Source: a virus
Lineage: Duplodnaviria > Caudoviricetes
Length of the DNA stretch: 64,000 bases
IMG/VR virus record: IMGVR_UViG_3300017909_001085
Coordinates: 32,001 to 96,000 of that record
Direction: 5' to 3' (one strand)
Positions within the stretch are counted from its first letter, which is position 1. Each line of letters begins with the position of its first letter. Shown one piece after another: positions 1 to 8,849 of this stretch. The notes beneath the pieces were generated by a model. It worked only from the letters and a program-made list of their open reading frames with translations, was not told the DNA's origin and ran no database searches. A program made the translations under genes and the position numbers.

Positions 1-894
1 CCACTTGGTCAGTTTATCAGCAAAATCATCATCTGGTTTACCAACAGAGGTCAACTCTTTATTGATGATTTTTTTCTCTACTGCAACGGCAGGATAATCC
101 TGTTCGATACAGATTGGGAAACGCTCAAGGAACGCTTCGTTGAGAATATTAGTACCGATGAAACGACCGTCATCAGAACCTTTACCTTTAGTGTTTGCAG
201 TAGCAACAATCTGAAACCCAGGAGCAGGTTGTACATACTGATTGATTTTCTTCAGTAGAATACCTTTACCTTCGAGGATTGGTTGCAAACACATAATCTT
301 GTTTGACGCAAGGTCAATCTCATCAAGAAGCAGGACACCGCCTTGCTTCATTGCTTGAATAACTGGACCATCGAAAAAGACAGTCTCGCCATCAACAAGA
401 CGATAACCACCGAGCAAATCATCTTCATCAGTTTCGATGGTAATGTTCACACGGAAAAACTCACGCTTCAGTTGGGCGCAAATCTGTTCGACCATCATGG
501 TCTTACCGTTACCTGACAGACCAGTGATGAATACAGGATAGAACATTTTCGACTTGATAATGTTCTTTACATCACTGAACTGACCGAACGGTACATAGTT
601 GTCATACACACTTGGTATCAAATTTGTCACCGTACTGTCTAAGACTGCCAACTTCTTCTTCGGCAGTTCTACTACTTCAGCAACTTCTTGTTGCTGTACT
701 GGAGCAAGGTTTGAATTCGCAAACAACGAATACAGACCATTGCCAAGTTTGAACTCATCAGATTTTACAATCCATGAGGGAGCATATTTCATGCCCACTG
801 AATTCGCAACTTCGACAAGTTCTGCACGACTGAATTCAGTCTGCTTCGGGAACATTGCTGTTGCGGCATTCAGGAAAGTATCACGCTTATTCAT
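1..894 (-). CDS. cobS: MoxR/CobS-like AAA+ ATPase (C-terminus runs off the window start)
   Basis: Manually translated from ATG at 894: MNKRDTFLNAA...YPVFITGLSGNGKT (Walker A), NITIETDEDDLLGG, VLLLDEID (Walker B), ATANTKGKG, NEAFLERF. Lies next to a VWA gene. Not in the ORF track because it is truncated. Confidence 0.9.
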   Translation of the reverse strand, partial: MNKRDTFLNAATAMFPKQTEFSRAELVEVANSVGMKYAPSWIVKSDEFKLGNGLYSLFANSNLAPVQQQEVAEVVELPKKKLAVLDSTVTNLIPSVYDNYVPFGQFSDVKNIIKSKMFYPVFITGLSGNGKTMMVEQICAQLKREFFRVNITIETDEDDLLGGYRLVDGETVFFDGPVIQAMKQGGVLLLDEIDLASNKIMCLQPILEGKGILLKKINQYVQPAPGFQIVATANTKGKGSDDGRFIGTNILNEAFLERFPICIEQDYPAVAVEKKIINKELTSVGKPDDDFADKLTKW

Positions 895-927
895 AATATA
901 TACCTTTCTTTTTTCATCTTACGTTTC

Positions 928-957
928 ACTATAACATACGAAAACAAGTATTGTCAA
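928..957 (-). promoter_or_regulatory. Sigma70-type early promoter for cobS-like gene
   Basis: Minus strand reads TTGACA-18 nt (ending TATGT)-TATAGT, followed by an AAAGAAAGGT RBS. Confidence 0.8.
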
Positions 958-970
958 GCACTTTTTTCGT

Positions 971-3244
971 TTATGCGGCAATTTTTTCGATAAATTTGCT
1001 CAAGATTGCTCTGTTTTGCAACTTACCTTTCGCCGCTTTCTTGAATGCTGTAGTCAGTTTTTGCTTCGAAGCACCAACCTCAACATCAAGACCTTCATCG
1101 TCTACCTCAAGTGTCTTACCACCTTTGAGAATATACAGTTCATCAAGACCGCTGATTTTTGACACCGCACTCTTTTCTTTATTGAATTGCTTCTTCCAGT
1201 TCTCAAGTTCTACCCAAGCACTGGCGGCAGAAGAACCTGGTGTTTCAATATACTTGTTGAATGCATACTGAACATCAGAACGACCACTCGCAAGGAAGAA
1301 CCCCATAGTATTGAACCCGGTGCTTGCTTTAAGAGACATGTATAATGCTTTTGTCAAATCGCCACTATAATAATCGCTTGACTGACTTTTGATAGTCACA
1401 TTCTTAGATTTGTCACGGATGTAGAAGACACCTCTGGTGCTGATATCTGCTTCAGTTGAGTAGTACTCTTCACCATTGTATTTTTTGTCATACCCGATAA
1501 CTCCACTAGGTTTGTGACTTGAACCGTCTGTCAAGAAACATACGTTCATGACTTGGGCGCCAGTTGTCTTTTGAAACTTTTCAACCATCTTATGAGCAAC
1601 AATAACTGCGGCATCAAGTGGAGTACCACCAAGGTAGTATTTACGAGGCAGACCCATGTAAGCAAAGTCACCGTACCCATACTTTCTTGACCACATATGA
1701 GATAGTGCTACGCAAATCTCAACTGCTTGATTGAACTGCACTGTAGTCATTTTTGGACCAAACAGTTCTAACATAGTCACGCCTTTGACATTGAACTCAT
1801 TCAGATTAGTTGATTGTAAATCTTCTAAAGGTGTATTCACTGTTGAATGACGCTTGGCATATTCAGAAGAGAATGCATAAGCGGCGAAAGGTATTTGTGC
1901 TTTCTTACAGAACAATGCGAGACAAAGCAACTGCTCCATAGTACCTTTCATATTATCTGACATCGAACCAGACCAGTCAATAAAGAACATCATACCGTGG
2001 TTCTTACCATTCGGAAGATTAGTCTTTTTCATGAAGATATCTTCATTGTACTTGTATGAGTAAAGCAGATTTGAATTGATAACACCAGTCTTAGTAGTAT
2101 TTGCTCTGGCATAGATATCTGCCGCTTTCTTCATTTCAAATTCTTTATGAAGATAAGCAATCACTTTCTCATTTTTCTTTTTGAATTCTTTTGCGTTCTT
2201 AATGAGTTTCTCTTGAACGTCACTGACAGTCCAGTATTCCATCAGTTCTTTTCTAACTTCTGAAAAAGGAACTACAATCTTTTCGAAGTTGATAGTCTTC
2301 GGAATGTCATAGTACTTAGGAATCAAATCTTCGTTAGTCTCTACTAACTTCTTAGTACTTTTTTGAGATGCTTGGTCAGTGATAGACTTGACACCAGGAG
2401 CAGTACCGTCAGTATTTTCTGCTTTACCATCCATACCTTCTTTTGCTGGAGCAGGTGCTTTAGTCTCGGTCTTGTCTTCGCCATCATCGCCTTCTTCTTC
2501 TGGTGATGAAGCAGACTTACCTTCTTCTTCTGATTGTTCATCAGGAGTACCAGTAACAGCATTCATACCGTTACCTTGACCTTCTTGAGCATCGCCTTCA
2601 GACTGTTCATCATCTTGACCTTGTTCAGACTGAACTGGCATATTGTAAGCAGAAGTATCTTCTTGGTTCTGCTGTTTTTCTTCTAATTCTTTTTCGCAAT
2701 ACTCAAACAACTCTTTAGATAGTTCAATAACTTCTTCGAAAGTCTGAGTAGTCATTGCTCTATCGAAAAACTTCTGCTCAACATCATCGAATGTCAAATC
2801 AATTTGAGTACCGAGTTTTGCTTTCAGATTGAGACGGTCAATCAAAAGCATATCAGTGACAGGAACTTGTGAAGTACCGAAGAAATCTTTTTCTTGTAAC
2901 TGACCGTATGCCTGATAGAAAGGTTTCTTTAGACCAGGATACTTCTTTTGAATAAGACGCTCAATACGGGCATCTTCTACGACATTCACAACTGAATGAA
3001 AATTTTGTGTCTTGATTGGTAAGTTCTCCATACCGTCAAGAGGTGTATAGAGAGCATGAGCAACTTCATGACCAACAAACAAGTCTAGAGTTTTTGCGTC
3101 TAAGTCCTTCATAGTAGGAATACGCAATATACGATTTTTAACATCGAAACTAGCAGTATCGACATTCGCATACTCAACCGTCAAATTCTCTGTCGCTAGT
3201 AGTTTAGCGAGAGCAGACTTGACTTCTGTAATCTTGGTTGGCAT
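971..3244 (-). CDS. CobT-like protein: N-terminal HExxH metallopeptidase-like domain, acidic linker, C-terminal VWA domain
   Basis: GHEVAH, NVVEDARIE, MIDAS motif DWSGS and LTDG. Start placed at MPTK (3244) because of the GAGGTG RBS; the ORF track starts at 3268. Confidence 0.85.
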   Translation of the reverse strand: MPTKITEVKSALAKLLATENLTVEYANVDTASFDVKNRILRIPTMKDLDAKTLDLFVGHEVAHALYTPLDGMENLPIKTQNFHSVVNVVEDARIERLIQKKYPGLKKPFYQAYGQLQEKDFFGTSQVPVTDMLLIDRLNLKAKLGTQIDLTFDDVEQKFFDRAMTTQTFEEVIELSKELFEYCEKELEEKQQNQEDTSAYNMPVQSEQGQDDEQSEGDAQEGQGNGMNAVTGTPDEQSEEEGKSASSPEEEGDDGEDKTETKAPAPAKEGMDGKAENTDGTAPGVKSITDQASQKSTKKLVETNEDLIPKYYDIPKTINFEKIVVPFSEVRKELMEYWTVSDVQEKLIKNAKEFKKKNEKVIAYLHKEFEMKKAADIYARANTTKTGVINSNLLYSYKYNEDIFMKKTNLPNGKNHGMMFFIDWSGSMSDNMKGTMEQLLCLALFCKKAQIPFAAYAFSSEYAKRHSTVNTPLEDLQSTNLNEFNVKGVTMLELFGPKMTTVQFNQAVEICVALSHMWSRKYGYGDFAYMGLPRKYYLGGTPLDAAVIVAHKMVEKFQKTTGAQVMNVCFLTDGSSHKPSGVIGYDKKYNGEEYYSTEADISTRGVFYIRDKSKNVTIKSQSSDYYSGDLTKALYMSLKASTGFNTMGFFLASGRSDVQYAFNKYIETPGSSAASAWVELENWKKQFNKEKSAVSKISGLDELYILKGGKTLEVDDEGLDVEVGASKQKLTTAFKKAAKGKLQNRAILSKFIEKIAA

Positions 3245-3276
3245 TTCAGTCACCTCTTTTCTCATCATCTATAGTC

Positions 3277-3306
3277 ATAATAACATATGACATCAGGTTT
3301 TGTCAA
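3277..3306 (-). promoter_or_regulatory. Sigma70-type early promoter for the VWA gene
   Basis: TTGACA-18 nt (ending TATGT)-TATTAT on the minus strand. Confidence 0.75.
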
Positions 3307-3440
3307 GCGATAAAAGCACTAATTATGGTAAAAATGAGCAAAAAACTCATATAAAATGCAAAAAGTCCGACACAGAACAGAAACCCCCACCAAATTATTC
3401 TAAATGGGAGTGTCAGACCAAACCAAATCGCATTTAACAT
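3303..3440 (-). CDS. Small hydrophobic membrane protein, 45 aa
   Basis: Manual translation MLNAIWFGLTLPFRIIWWGFLFCVGLFAFYMSFLLIFTIISAFIA. Has a GAGAGG RBS and its own promoter. Below the ORF-track length cutoff. Confidence 0.7.
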   Translation of the reverse strand: MLNAIWFGLTLPFRIIWWGFLFCVGLFAFYMSFLLIFTIISAFIA

Positions 3441-3467
3441 AGATACCTCTCTCTCATCTCTATATAT

Positions 3468-3497
3468 ACTATAGCATGTAGGAATCTAATTTGTCAA
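3468..3497 (-). promoter_or_regulatory. Sigma70-type early promoter for the small membrane protein
   Basis: TTGACA-18 nt (ending CATGC)-TATAGT on the minus strand. Confidence 0.8.
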
Positions 3498-3995
3498 GCG
3501 TTTTCTCATAAAAATTTGTATTGTTCTTCTGACTGGTGCGCCAAGATTAACTGAAGTGACAGAGTGTCGCACACCACCTTCTTGAAATATTGCTCTATTA
3601 GGTTGAGGTTGAATTGCCTCTATTGTATCATCACTTTTTTCATACATGAAGTATCCACCATCATCTGCATCTTGTTCATTGAGATAAATTGTAAGTGCCG
3701 CTGAATGATTTCCATCATTATGCCACGGTATGTAACTAAACTGTGTCCAGTAATAAAACATAGGTGTGATATCATAGTGACCAAATTCTTCTTCTACTCT
3801 TGTTTGTAAGTAGTTCACAAGTTTGTCATCAGATATCTCATGTACAAGAACAGTATGACTTGTTCGCACAACATCAGAATCCCAAGATGCATTAGATTTT
3901 AGTGTGCATTCTGTTGAAGTATAAATTTCGTTTGATAGTGAAGTTGCTCTGAAAAATGTATCAGGTTCTAAAAAATTATCTATTAGTATTATCAT
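3486..3995 (-). CDS. 2OG-Fe(II) oxygenase, prolyl-4-hydroxylase-like
   Basis: WHND (HxD), LTIYLN, GGYF, distal H in VRHSV, and RRTIQ. Confidence 0.85.
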   Translation of the reverse strand: MIILIDNFLEPDTFFRATSLSNEIYTSTECTLKSNASWDSDVVRTSHTVLVHEISDDKLVNYLQTRVEEEFGHYDITPMFYYWTQFSYIPWHNDGNHSAALTIYLNEQDADDGGYFMYEKSDDTIEAIQPQPNRAIFQEGGVRHSVTSVNLGAPVRRTIQIFMRKRLTN

Positions 3996-4663
3996 CTCTT
4001 CATAATAGTTACATAGTATCTAAAATCATCATATCTAGATATTTTTGAACCTACACTTGCATATGGTATAGACGATGACCCGTCTGCAAAGTTTTCTAAC
4101 TTCTTAATACCACCTGCTACATGTGCAGTTATATCTGCATTATACAATTTTTTGAGACCATGTACTCTTTCTAAAATTTCAATAAAATTATTATATTCAC
4201 TTTCATGAGTTGAGTTCTGAACTATACACAAGATACCATCATCTGCTAGTGCTTGTGATAATCTAAGTAACAAAACACTCTTATTATCATATTGGTCAAA
4301 CGCATCGATAGATATAATTAGATTTGCGTCTTTCTGCTTTGATAAAATAAAATCTTTATAAAAAGAGATACCAGAGTGTCTATCTTTACATGCTTCAAGC
4401 ATGTTTTGGTCACTATTGTATCCTATACATTTTTTGAAGTTGTACTCACCTTTGAGACATGCTAGACCATATCCAAGACCACAGTTGATATCCATTGCTG
4501 TGATTTCAGAATGATTTGTTAAATAATCTTTGATAAAGTAACGATATGTTTGATATGAGTATTTTTCTATACTACACATCTCATCATAATCTTTTTGACC
4601 CCAATCTTCGAATTCGACTGGTACGTTACTAAAGATGTTTTTTGAATACGAATATTGGTTCAT
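3992..4663 (-). CDS. Class I SAM-dependent methyltransferase-like protein (atypical motif I)
   Basis: MDINCGLGYG, ANLIISIDAF, LADDGILCI, ADITAHV. Confidence 0.65.
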   Translation of the reverse strand: MNQYSYSKNIFSNVPVEFEDWGQKDYDEMCSIEKYSYQTYRYFIKDYLTNHSEITAMDINCGLGYGLACLKGEYNFKKCIGYNSDQNMLEACKDRHSGISFYKDFILSKQKDANLIISIDAFDQYDNKSVLLLRLSQALADDGILCIVQNSTHESEYNNFIEILERVHGLKKLYNADITAHVAGGIKKLENFADGSSSIPYASVGSKISRYDDFRYYVTIMKR

Positions 4664-6188
4664 ACTTTAACCAGATACCATTCACTTTGCAAAAATTCTT
4701 TGCTCGTGGTTTACCTGTCTCCTCATCAACTCTGTTACCGCCTGGCATCTGAGCGAGTGCCATCTTTAATGTAGTCACATACTCAAATCCAAGTTCTTTA
4801 CAGATACGAATGCTATCACCCTCAAGTGGCAACATCTCATTACCGAATTTTGCATCTGCAATATTCCATAGTAAGTATCTGTCGTTCTTTAAGTATTTAT
4901 ATGCATTTGTAAGTGTAGGTCTAAGAAAACCTTCTACCCACGTTTCATATTGATTGAATTTCTTGTACGATTGTTCCTCGTCATCAGAATACGCCTCTTT
5001 CGCAAAGTACGGTGGTGATGTGAAGACGAGGTCAAGGGTTTCATTCTCACATGAGAAATCTTCTGAACCGCATTGGTGTATTTCGTATGTGTTTGTATGC
5101 GGAAATAGACCTGTTCCTCTGTAAGTTTTCTCATTGAAAAACCTAGCGAGTTCATCATACTTTGTGCTTTTGGTACCGTCTTCTCTAATAACTGTATGGT
5201 CTGTATTAGGGTCGGTGCCAATATAGTGTATATTACGGTCGTCACTAACAGACATAGCACCGAGAATACGACCACCCCAACCAGCAGAGGGATCCCAAAT
5301 ACGAATAGTAGACTGTTCTTTGAAATGTTCAGTATATTTCTCATACAGATATTTAGCAGTCAGAGGCGGGAAATTAACAGCATATTGACACCATGATATA
5401 CGAAAGGGTTTGAACCCTAACGGAAAAATCTTCTGACCTTTTTTGAACAACATAATCTGATATACATCACAATCGTCTTTCATATTGACTTTGCAATTAT
5501 CAGGTATGTCTAGTTGCTCAATCTCTTCTCTAGTAACTTGCGCCCACTGTACGTTACGCAACTTGTCATCATAACCTGTGTACTCTTGTTCTTTATCAGG
5601 TTTTAACCAATAATCATGGGTATCATATTCTCTAGCATTATGCTCAAACCAACTGATAAAACTATTGCCATCACTAACCGTGTGTCGCTTAGTGCCAAAC
5701 TCCAAGAGTTCTTCTTTTTTAATAGGATTAGAATAGTGATAAAAACTATCACGCTTAAAATGCCTGTGACCATATGTGTATACCTTCTGAAACAAATCTT
5801 CATCTACGAAATGGTCATAGATAGACTTTGCTTTATTTATGTCATTATACACAATCTTCGTTTTCATCATTGTAGGAAACCACTGATTAGCGGCATTACC
5901 TACAACTGATGTGTTACGAATAACATCACACTTACCTGTCTCTTCATCAAGACACTCAAACTCATGAACAGGAAAACTTGACATCTGATTGAACTGGTCA
6001 ATAATCTTATCTTCTGACCAACCAACTCTTGGTGGTAGACCTAGTTCATCCCATGAGTATGCTACTTCTTTTCGCATATCACGCAACCATTGTCTAAATT
6101 CTTCATCTGACATCCACAAGACTTCTTCAAATGTCTTGTTTACTTCATGCTCTAACAGATAACTGTTTCGCTCATAAAAATGCTTCAC
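4629..6188 (-). CDS. Amino-type (N4-C/N6-A) DNA methyltransferase-like protein with a long N-terminal extension
   Basis: Motif I WDPSAGWGGR, YIGTDPN, motif IV DLVFTSPPYF, C-terminal EPIFVFKK. Confidence 0.8.
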   Translation of the reverse strand: MKHFYERNSYLLEHEVNKTFEEVLWMSDEEFRQWLRDMRKEVAYSWDELGLPPRVGWSEDKIIDQFNQMSSFPVHEFECLDEETGKCDVIRNTSVVGNAANQWFPTMMKTKIVYNDINKAKSIYDHFVDEDLFQKVYTYGHRHFKRDSFYHYSNPIKKEELLEFGTKRHTVSDGNSFISWFEHNAREYDTHDYWLKPDKEQEYTGYDDKLRNVQWAQVTREEIEQLDIPDNCKVNMKDDCDVYQIMLFKKGQKIFPLGFKPFRISWCQYAVNFPPLTAKYLYEKYTEHFKEQSTIRIWDPSAGWGGRILGAMSVSDDRNIHYIGTDPNTDHTVIREDGTKSTKYDELARFFNEKTYRGTGLFPHTNTYEIHQCGSEDFSCENETLDLVFTSPPYFAKEAYSDDEEQSYKKFNQYETWVEGFLRPTLTNAYKYLKNDRYLLWNIADAKFGNEMLPLEGDSIRICKELGFEYVTTLKMALAQMPGGNRVDEETGKPRAKNFCKVNGIWLKYEPIFVFKKHL

Positions 6189-6412
6189 TCAATAACCTCA
6201 ACTTCACTTTCTGTTTCTATTACTACTCTCGCACCGCAAGATAGAATAGGTTTCTCATTACCACCATATCGAACTACACTGTCGCCATGTATCTTTACAG
6301 CATGACAGTATGTGTTTGAGCGACCTTGCTTTATTGTAATAACAGGTTCATTTGTACCATGCTTCTTATTCGCTCTAATCTTATGCTGGTTTACATGTAT
6401 ATAGGTTTTCAT
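6185..6412 (-). CDS. Conserved T4-like phage hypothetical protein, 75 aa
   Basis: IHVNQHKIRANKK...EPVITIK...LSCGARVVIET. Stop overlaps the methyltransferase start. Confidence 0.75.
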   Translation of the reverse strand: MKTYIHVNQHKIRANKKHGTNEPVITIKQGRSNTYCHAVKIHGDSVVRYGGNEKPILSCGARVVIETESEVEVIE

Positions 6413-6421
6413 ATTACTCTC

Positions 6422-6451
6422 ACTATAGCATTATTGGACTGGTTTTGTCAA
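6422..6451 (-). promoter_or_regulatory. Internal sigma70-type promoter upstream of the 75-aa gene and methyltransferases
   Basis: TTGACA-18 nt (ending AATGC)-TATAGT, embedded in the 3' end of the 185-aa oxygenase gene. Confidence 0.65.
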
Positions 6452-6980
6452 ATACTAAATCAAAACTTTTCCATGTTAATGTCATTCGACAATTGTTTTT
6501 TACCGATGTTGACAGTCCTCGATGCGGCATCACAGAACTAAAAATCACAACTCGTCCCGGAACAAAGTCAACTACACCCATCTGAGTTTCAAATCCTCTA
6601 ATACCTTCATGATGATAATTTACCATGTAAAGTATCGTATAGTTCTCATCGAGGTTTTTTGTTCGATGTCTACTGTCAATGTGCATAGAACCATCTAGTT
6701 CATATGTCTGTCCATTGATATAGACATGTTGTTTATCTAAGTCTTTTTCTTTGACTTCAAACTTATAATATTCTTTAATTTTCTGAAAAATAAATTGTTG
6801 GTCAGGACAATCTAAAATATGAGTGTAATCATTCAATCTTGTGCTACACCAAAATATTGCATCATCTGGATTGTTTGACACATTACCATAGTAGAATAAA
6901 TTATCATGATACTTTGTTGCTACTCTTGCTACAAAATCATCATCAAACAAATTATCAACATAATCTATTCTTTTCATCAT
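6423..6980 (-). CDS. 2OG-Fe(II) oxygenase
   Basis: YINGQT, MHID (HxD), FVPGRVVIF, PHRG, CRMTLTWK. Confidence 0.8.
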   Translation of the reverse strand: MMKRIDYVDNLFDDDFVARVATKYHDNLFYYGNVSNNPDDAIFWCSTRLNDYTHILDCPDQQFIFQKIKEYYKFEVKEKDLDKQHVYINGQTYELDGSMHIDSRHRTKNLDENYTILYMVNYHHEGIRGFETQMGVVDFVPGRVVIFSSVMPHRGLSTSVKNNCRMTLTWKSFDLVFDKTSPIML

Positions 6981-7744
6981 GCCGCTACATTCCAGAATAA
7001 ATTGAGTTTACTTCTATCCATGTTTTCTTGTATCACTTTCCATGCTTTAGCATCATACTCAGGCGCACTTGGAAACGGTGGTGCTTCACTTTCTTTGACA
7101 GGTTTATCGAATTTATACGGTGATACCCACAACTTCGCACGCCCTTGTTGTCTTTCATCTAATTTATGTCCTGTCTGTATCACATGCACTTCTGCTTCTG
7201 GGAATGCAAGTTGCAACCCTCGGTTCAGAGTTCCTGATGACCCTACTGTCCAGATTACTTCTGGCATAACATCTAGCGACTGCGCTACTTTCACTATACT
7301 TCCTAGAACCCAATCGTGTTCTAGTCCTAAAGGCAACGTCCTTCGGGTTTGTGGACTCTCTCTGCGATATTGCTCTGCTTTTGACAGAGTGACATTTAAC
7401 ATACCCATCTTTACCCATTCAATACGACCTCCATACTCCATGTATTTCTGTTGATGCCATGTGGGTTCTTTTCTATCTGCCCAAAAACAAGTTGATTTCT
7501 TACCGTACTTTTGACAAACATATGCTAACGAGATTGGTCCCCATCCGACTTTGTTTGAACCTCCAAAGACCCACTCTTCACAGTCTGTGTCTCTGATAAG
7601 TTTATCGATGAACCTGATTTTGCTTCCTGCAGGAAGTACATCATCACGCACCACAATAACATCATCATGATTGACAAGCATAGGCGGGTCGTAAGGGTCA
7701 GACCAGTCACTTACTAACTCTAAATAATCTTCTGCAACTATCAT
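6977..7744 (-). CDS. PLP-dependent enzyme, fold type II (ACC deaminase / D-Cys desulfhydrase / TrpB-like)
   Basis: VVRDDVLPAGSKIR (putative Schiff-base Lys), VGSSGTL phosphate loop, YDAKAW, LFWNVA. Confidence 0.75.
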   Translation of the reverse strand: MIVAEDYLELVSDWSDPYDPPMLVNHDDVIVVRDDVLPAGSKIRFIDKLIRDTDCEEWVFGGSNKVGWGPISLAYVCQKYGKKSTCFWADRKEPTWHQQKYMEYGGRIEWVKMGMLNVTLSKAEQYRRESPQTRRTLPLGLEHDWVLGSIVKVAQSLDVMPEVIWTVGSSGTLNRGLQLAFPEAEVHVIQTGHKLDERQQGRAKLWVSPYKFDKPVKESEAPPFPSAPEYDAKAWKVIQENMDRSKLNLFWNVAA

Positions 7745-8849
7745 TCGCTTCTATATCCACTACTAAATGTATTCTTGTTTCATCACCATTGTTAATCGCC
7801 ATATGTGGTTTGCGAATATCTAGATACCACAACTCACCTTCTTTCATATTAACAACATGCTTCTCACCATGCATATCCCACGATGTAAACTCCATCTTCG
7901 GATTTGTAATCACTGGAATATGTAGTCTCATAATCTTACCATCTGCAACACCAAGATAAGGGTCAACTTGGTCAGTGTGTCTTTGCAGTTCACCACCGCC
8001 TGGAGCAAGTGACATAAATCTTATTCGTTCAATATTATCTGTAGGTATTCTTGATAGCAAGTCATTTACATACGGAAACTGTTCTCGCAAAGGTGTGTCT
8101 TCACACTCCCACTCTTCCCATGTGTCATTTTCTGCTTTCCATTTCTTGCTCATCTCTACAGGTTTTGCAATAAATGATGGGTCTGGTCTATAACCTCTCA
8201 ATGATATTGCTGACCATGAACCTTTTTTATTGTAATTTGAGTAATGATTAGTGTACTCAAGTGTTATTTTTTCTAGTTCTTTGCGTATAATCGATGTATT
8301 GATAGTGTCAAACATGCATTTACTTATAGAAACCGTCTCAGCGCCGTCTATGGGCGGATGAGAGCGTTCTTCGAATGAAGTGCTAGAATTACGAAAGAAT
8401 ACGCTATATATCTCTGCAAACGTAGTTATTTTACTACCAACATAGTCAAAACCTGCATCTTGTGCAAACTTGACTGCTTTTTCATCTTCTGACCACACAA
8501 ACAACCAGCAGTTTCTATCGCTATAGTGACTGATATAGTTCTTTACATTCTCTGTGTATGCAGATATATTCTGAATTACAACATCACCTGGTTCTTTATA
8601 ACCAATAATAGTCTCACCATGCATTGTAATCTTCGAACGGACTTTTGCTTCAGTGATGTTAATCCAAGCATCACCTGCTTTGCGTAGAGAACCTTTATCT
8701 AAAAAGTCTGCTACATTATTCTTCTTGAACTGTGCAAAAGGACTATCAGTGTATGAGTTGTAATGGTCATACTCTGCAGTAATTTCTTTTAGATAATCTA
8801 ACTGATAACCTTTTTGCCAGTCTTTCATTTCTACTTCTGTTTGTGTCAT
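7707..8849 (-). CDS. Two-domain protein: N-terminal GNAT-like region fused to an Asp/Asn beta-hydroxylase-type 2OG-Fe(II) oxygenase
   Basis: C-terminal half has LAPGGGELQRHTD, MRLHIP, PHMAINNGDETRIHLVVD. N-terminal half has WLFVWSEDEKAVKFAQDAGFDYVG, resembling GNAT motif B. The GNAT call is weaker than the oxygenase call. Confidence 0.7.
   Translation of the reverse strand: MTQTEVEMKDWQKGYQLDYLKEITAEYDHYNSYTDSPFAQFKKNNVADFLDKGSLRKAGDAWINITEAKVRSKITMHGETIIGYKEPGDVVIQNISAYTENVKNYISHYSDRNCWLFVWSEDEKAVKFAQDAGFDYVGSKITTFAEIYSVFFRNSSTSFEERSHPPIDGAETVSISKCMFDTINTSIIRKELEKITLEYTNHYSNYNKKGSWSAISLRGYRPDPSFIAKPVEMSKKWKAENDTWEEWECEDTPLREQFPYVNDLLSRIPTDNIERIRFMSLAPGGGELQRHTDQVDPYLGVADGKIMRLHIPVITNPKMEFTSWDMHGEKHVVNMKEGELWYLDIRKPHMAINNGDETRIHLVVDIEANDSCRRLFRVSK

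Noticed and set aside
6906-7454. 182-aa plus-strand ORF
   Set aside because: Antisense to the PLP enzyme gene; no RBS or family signature.
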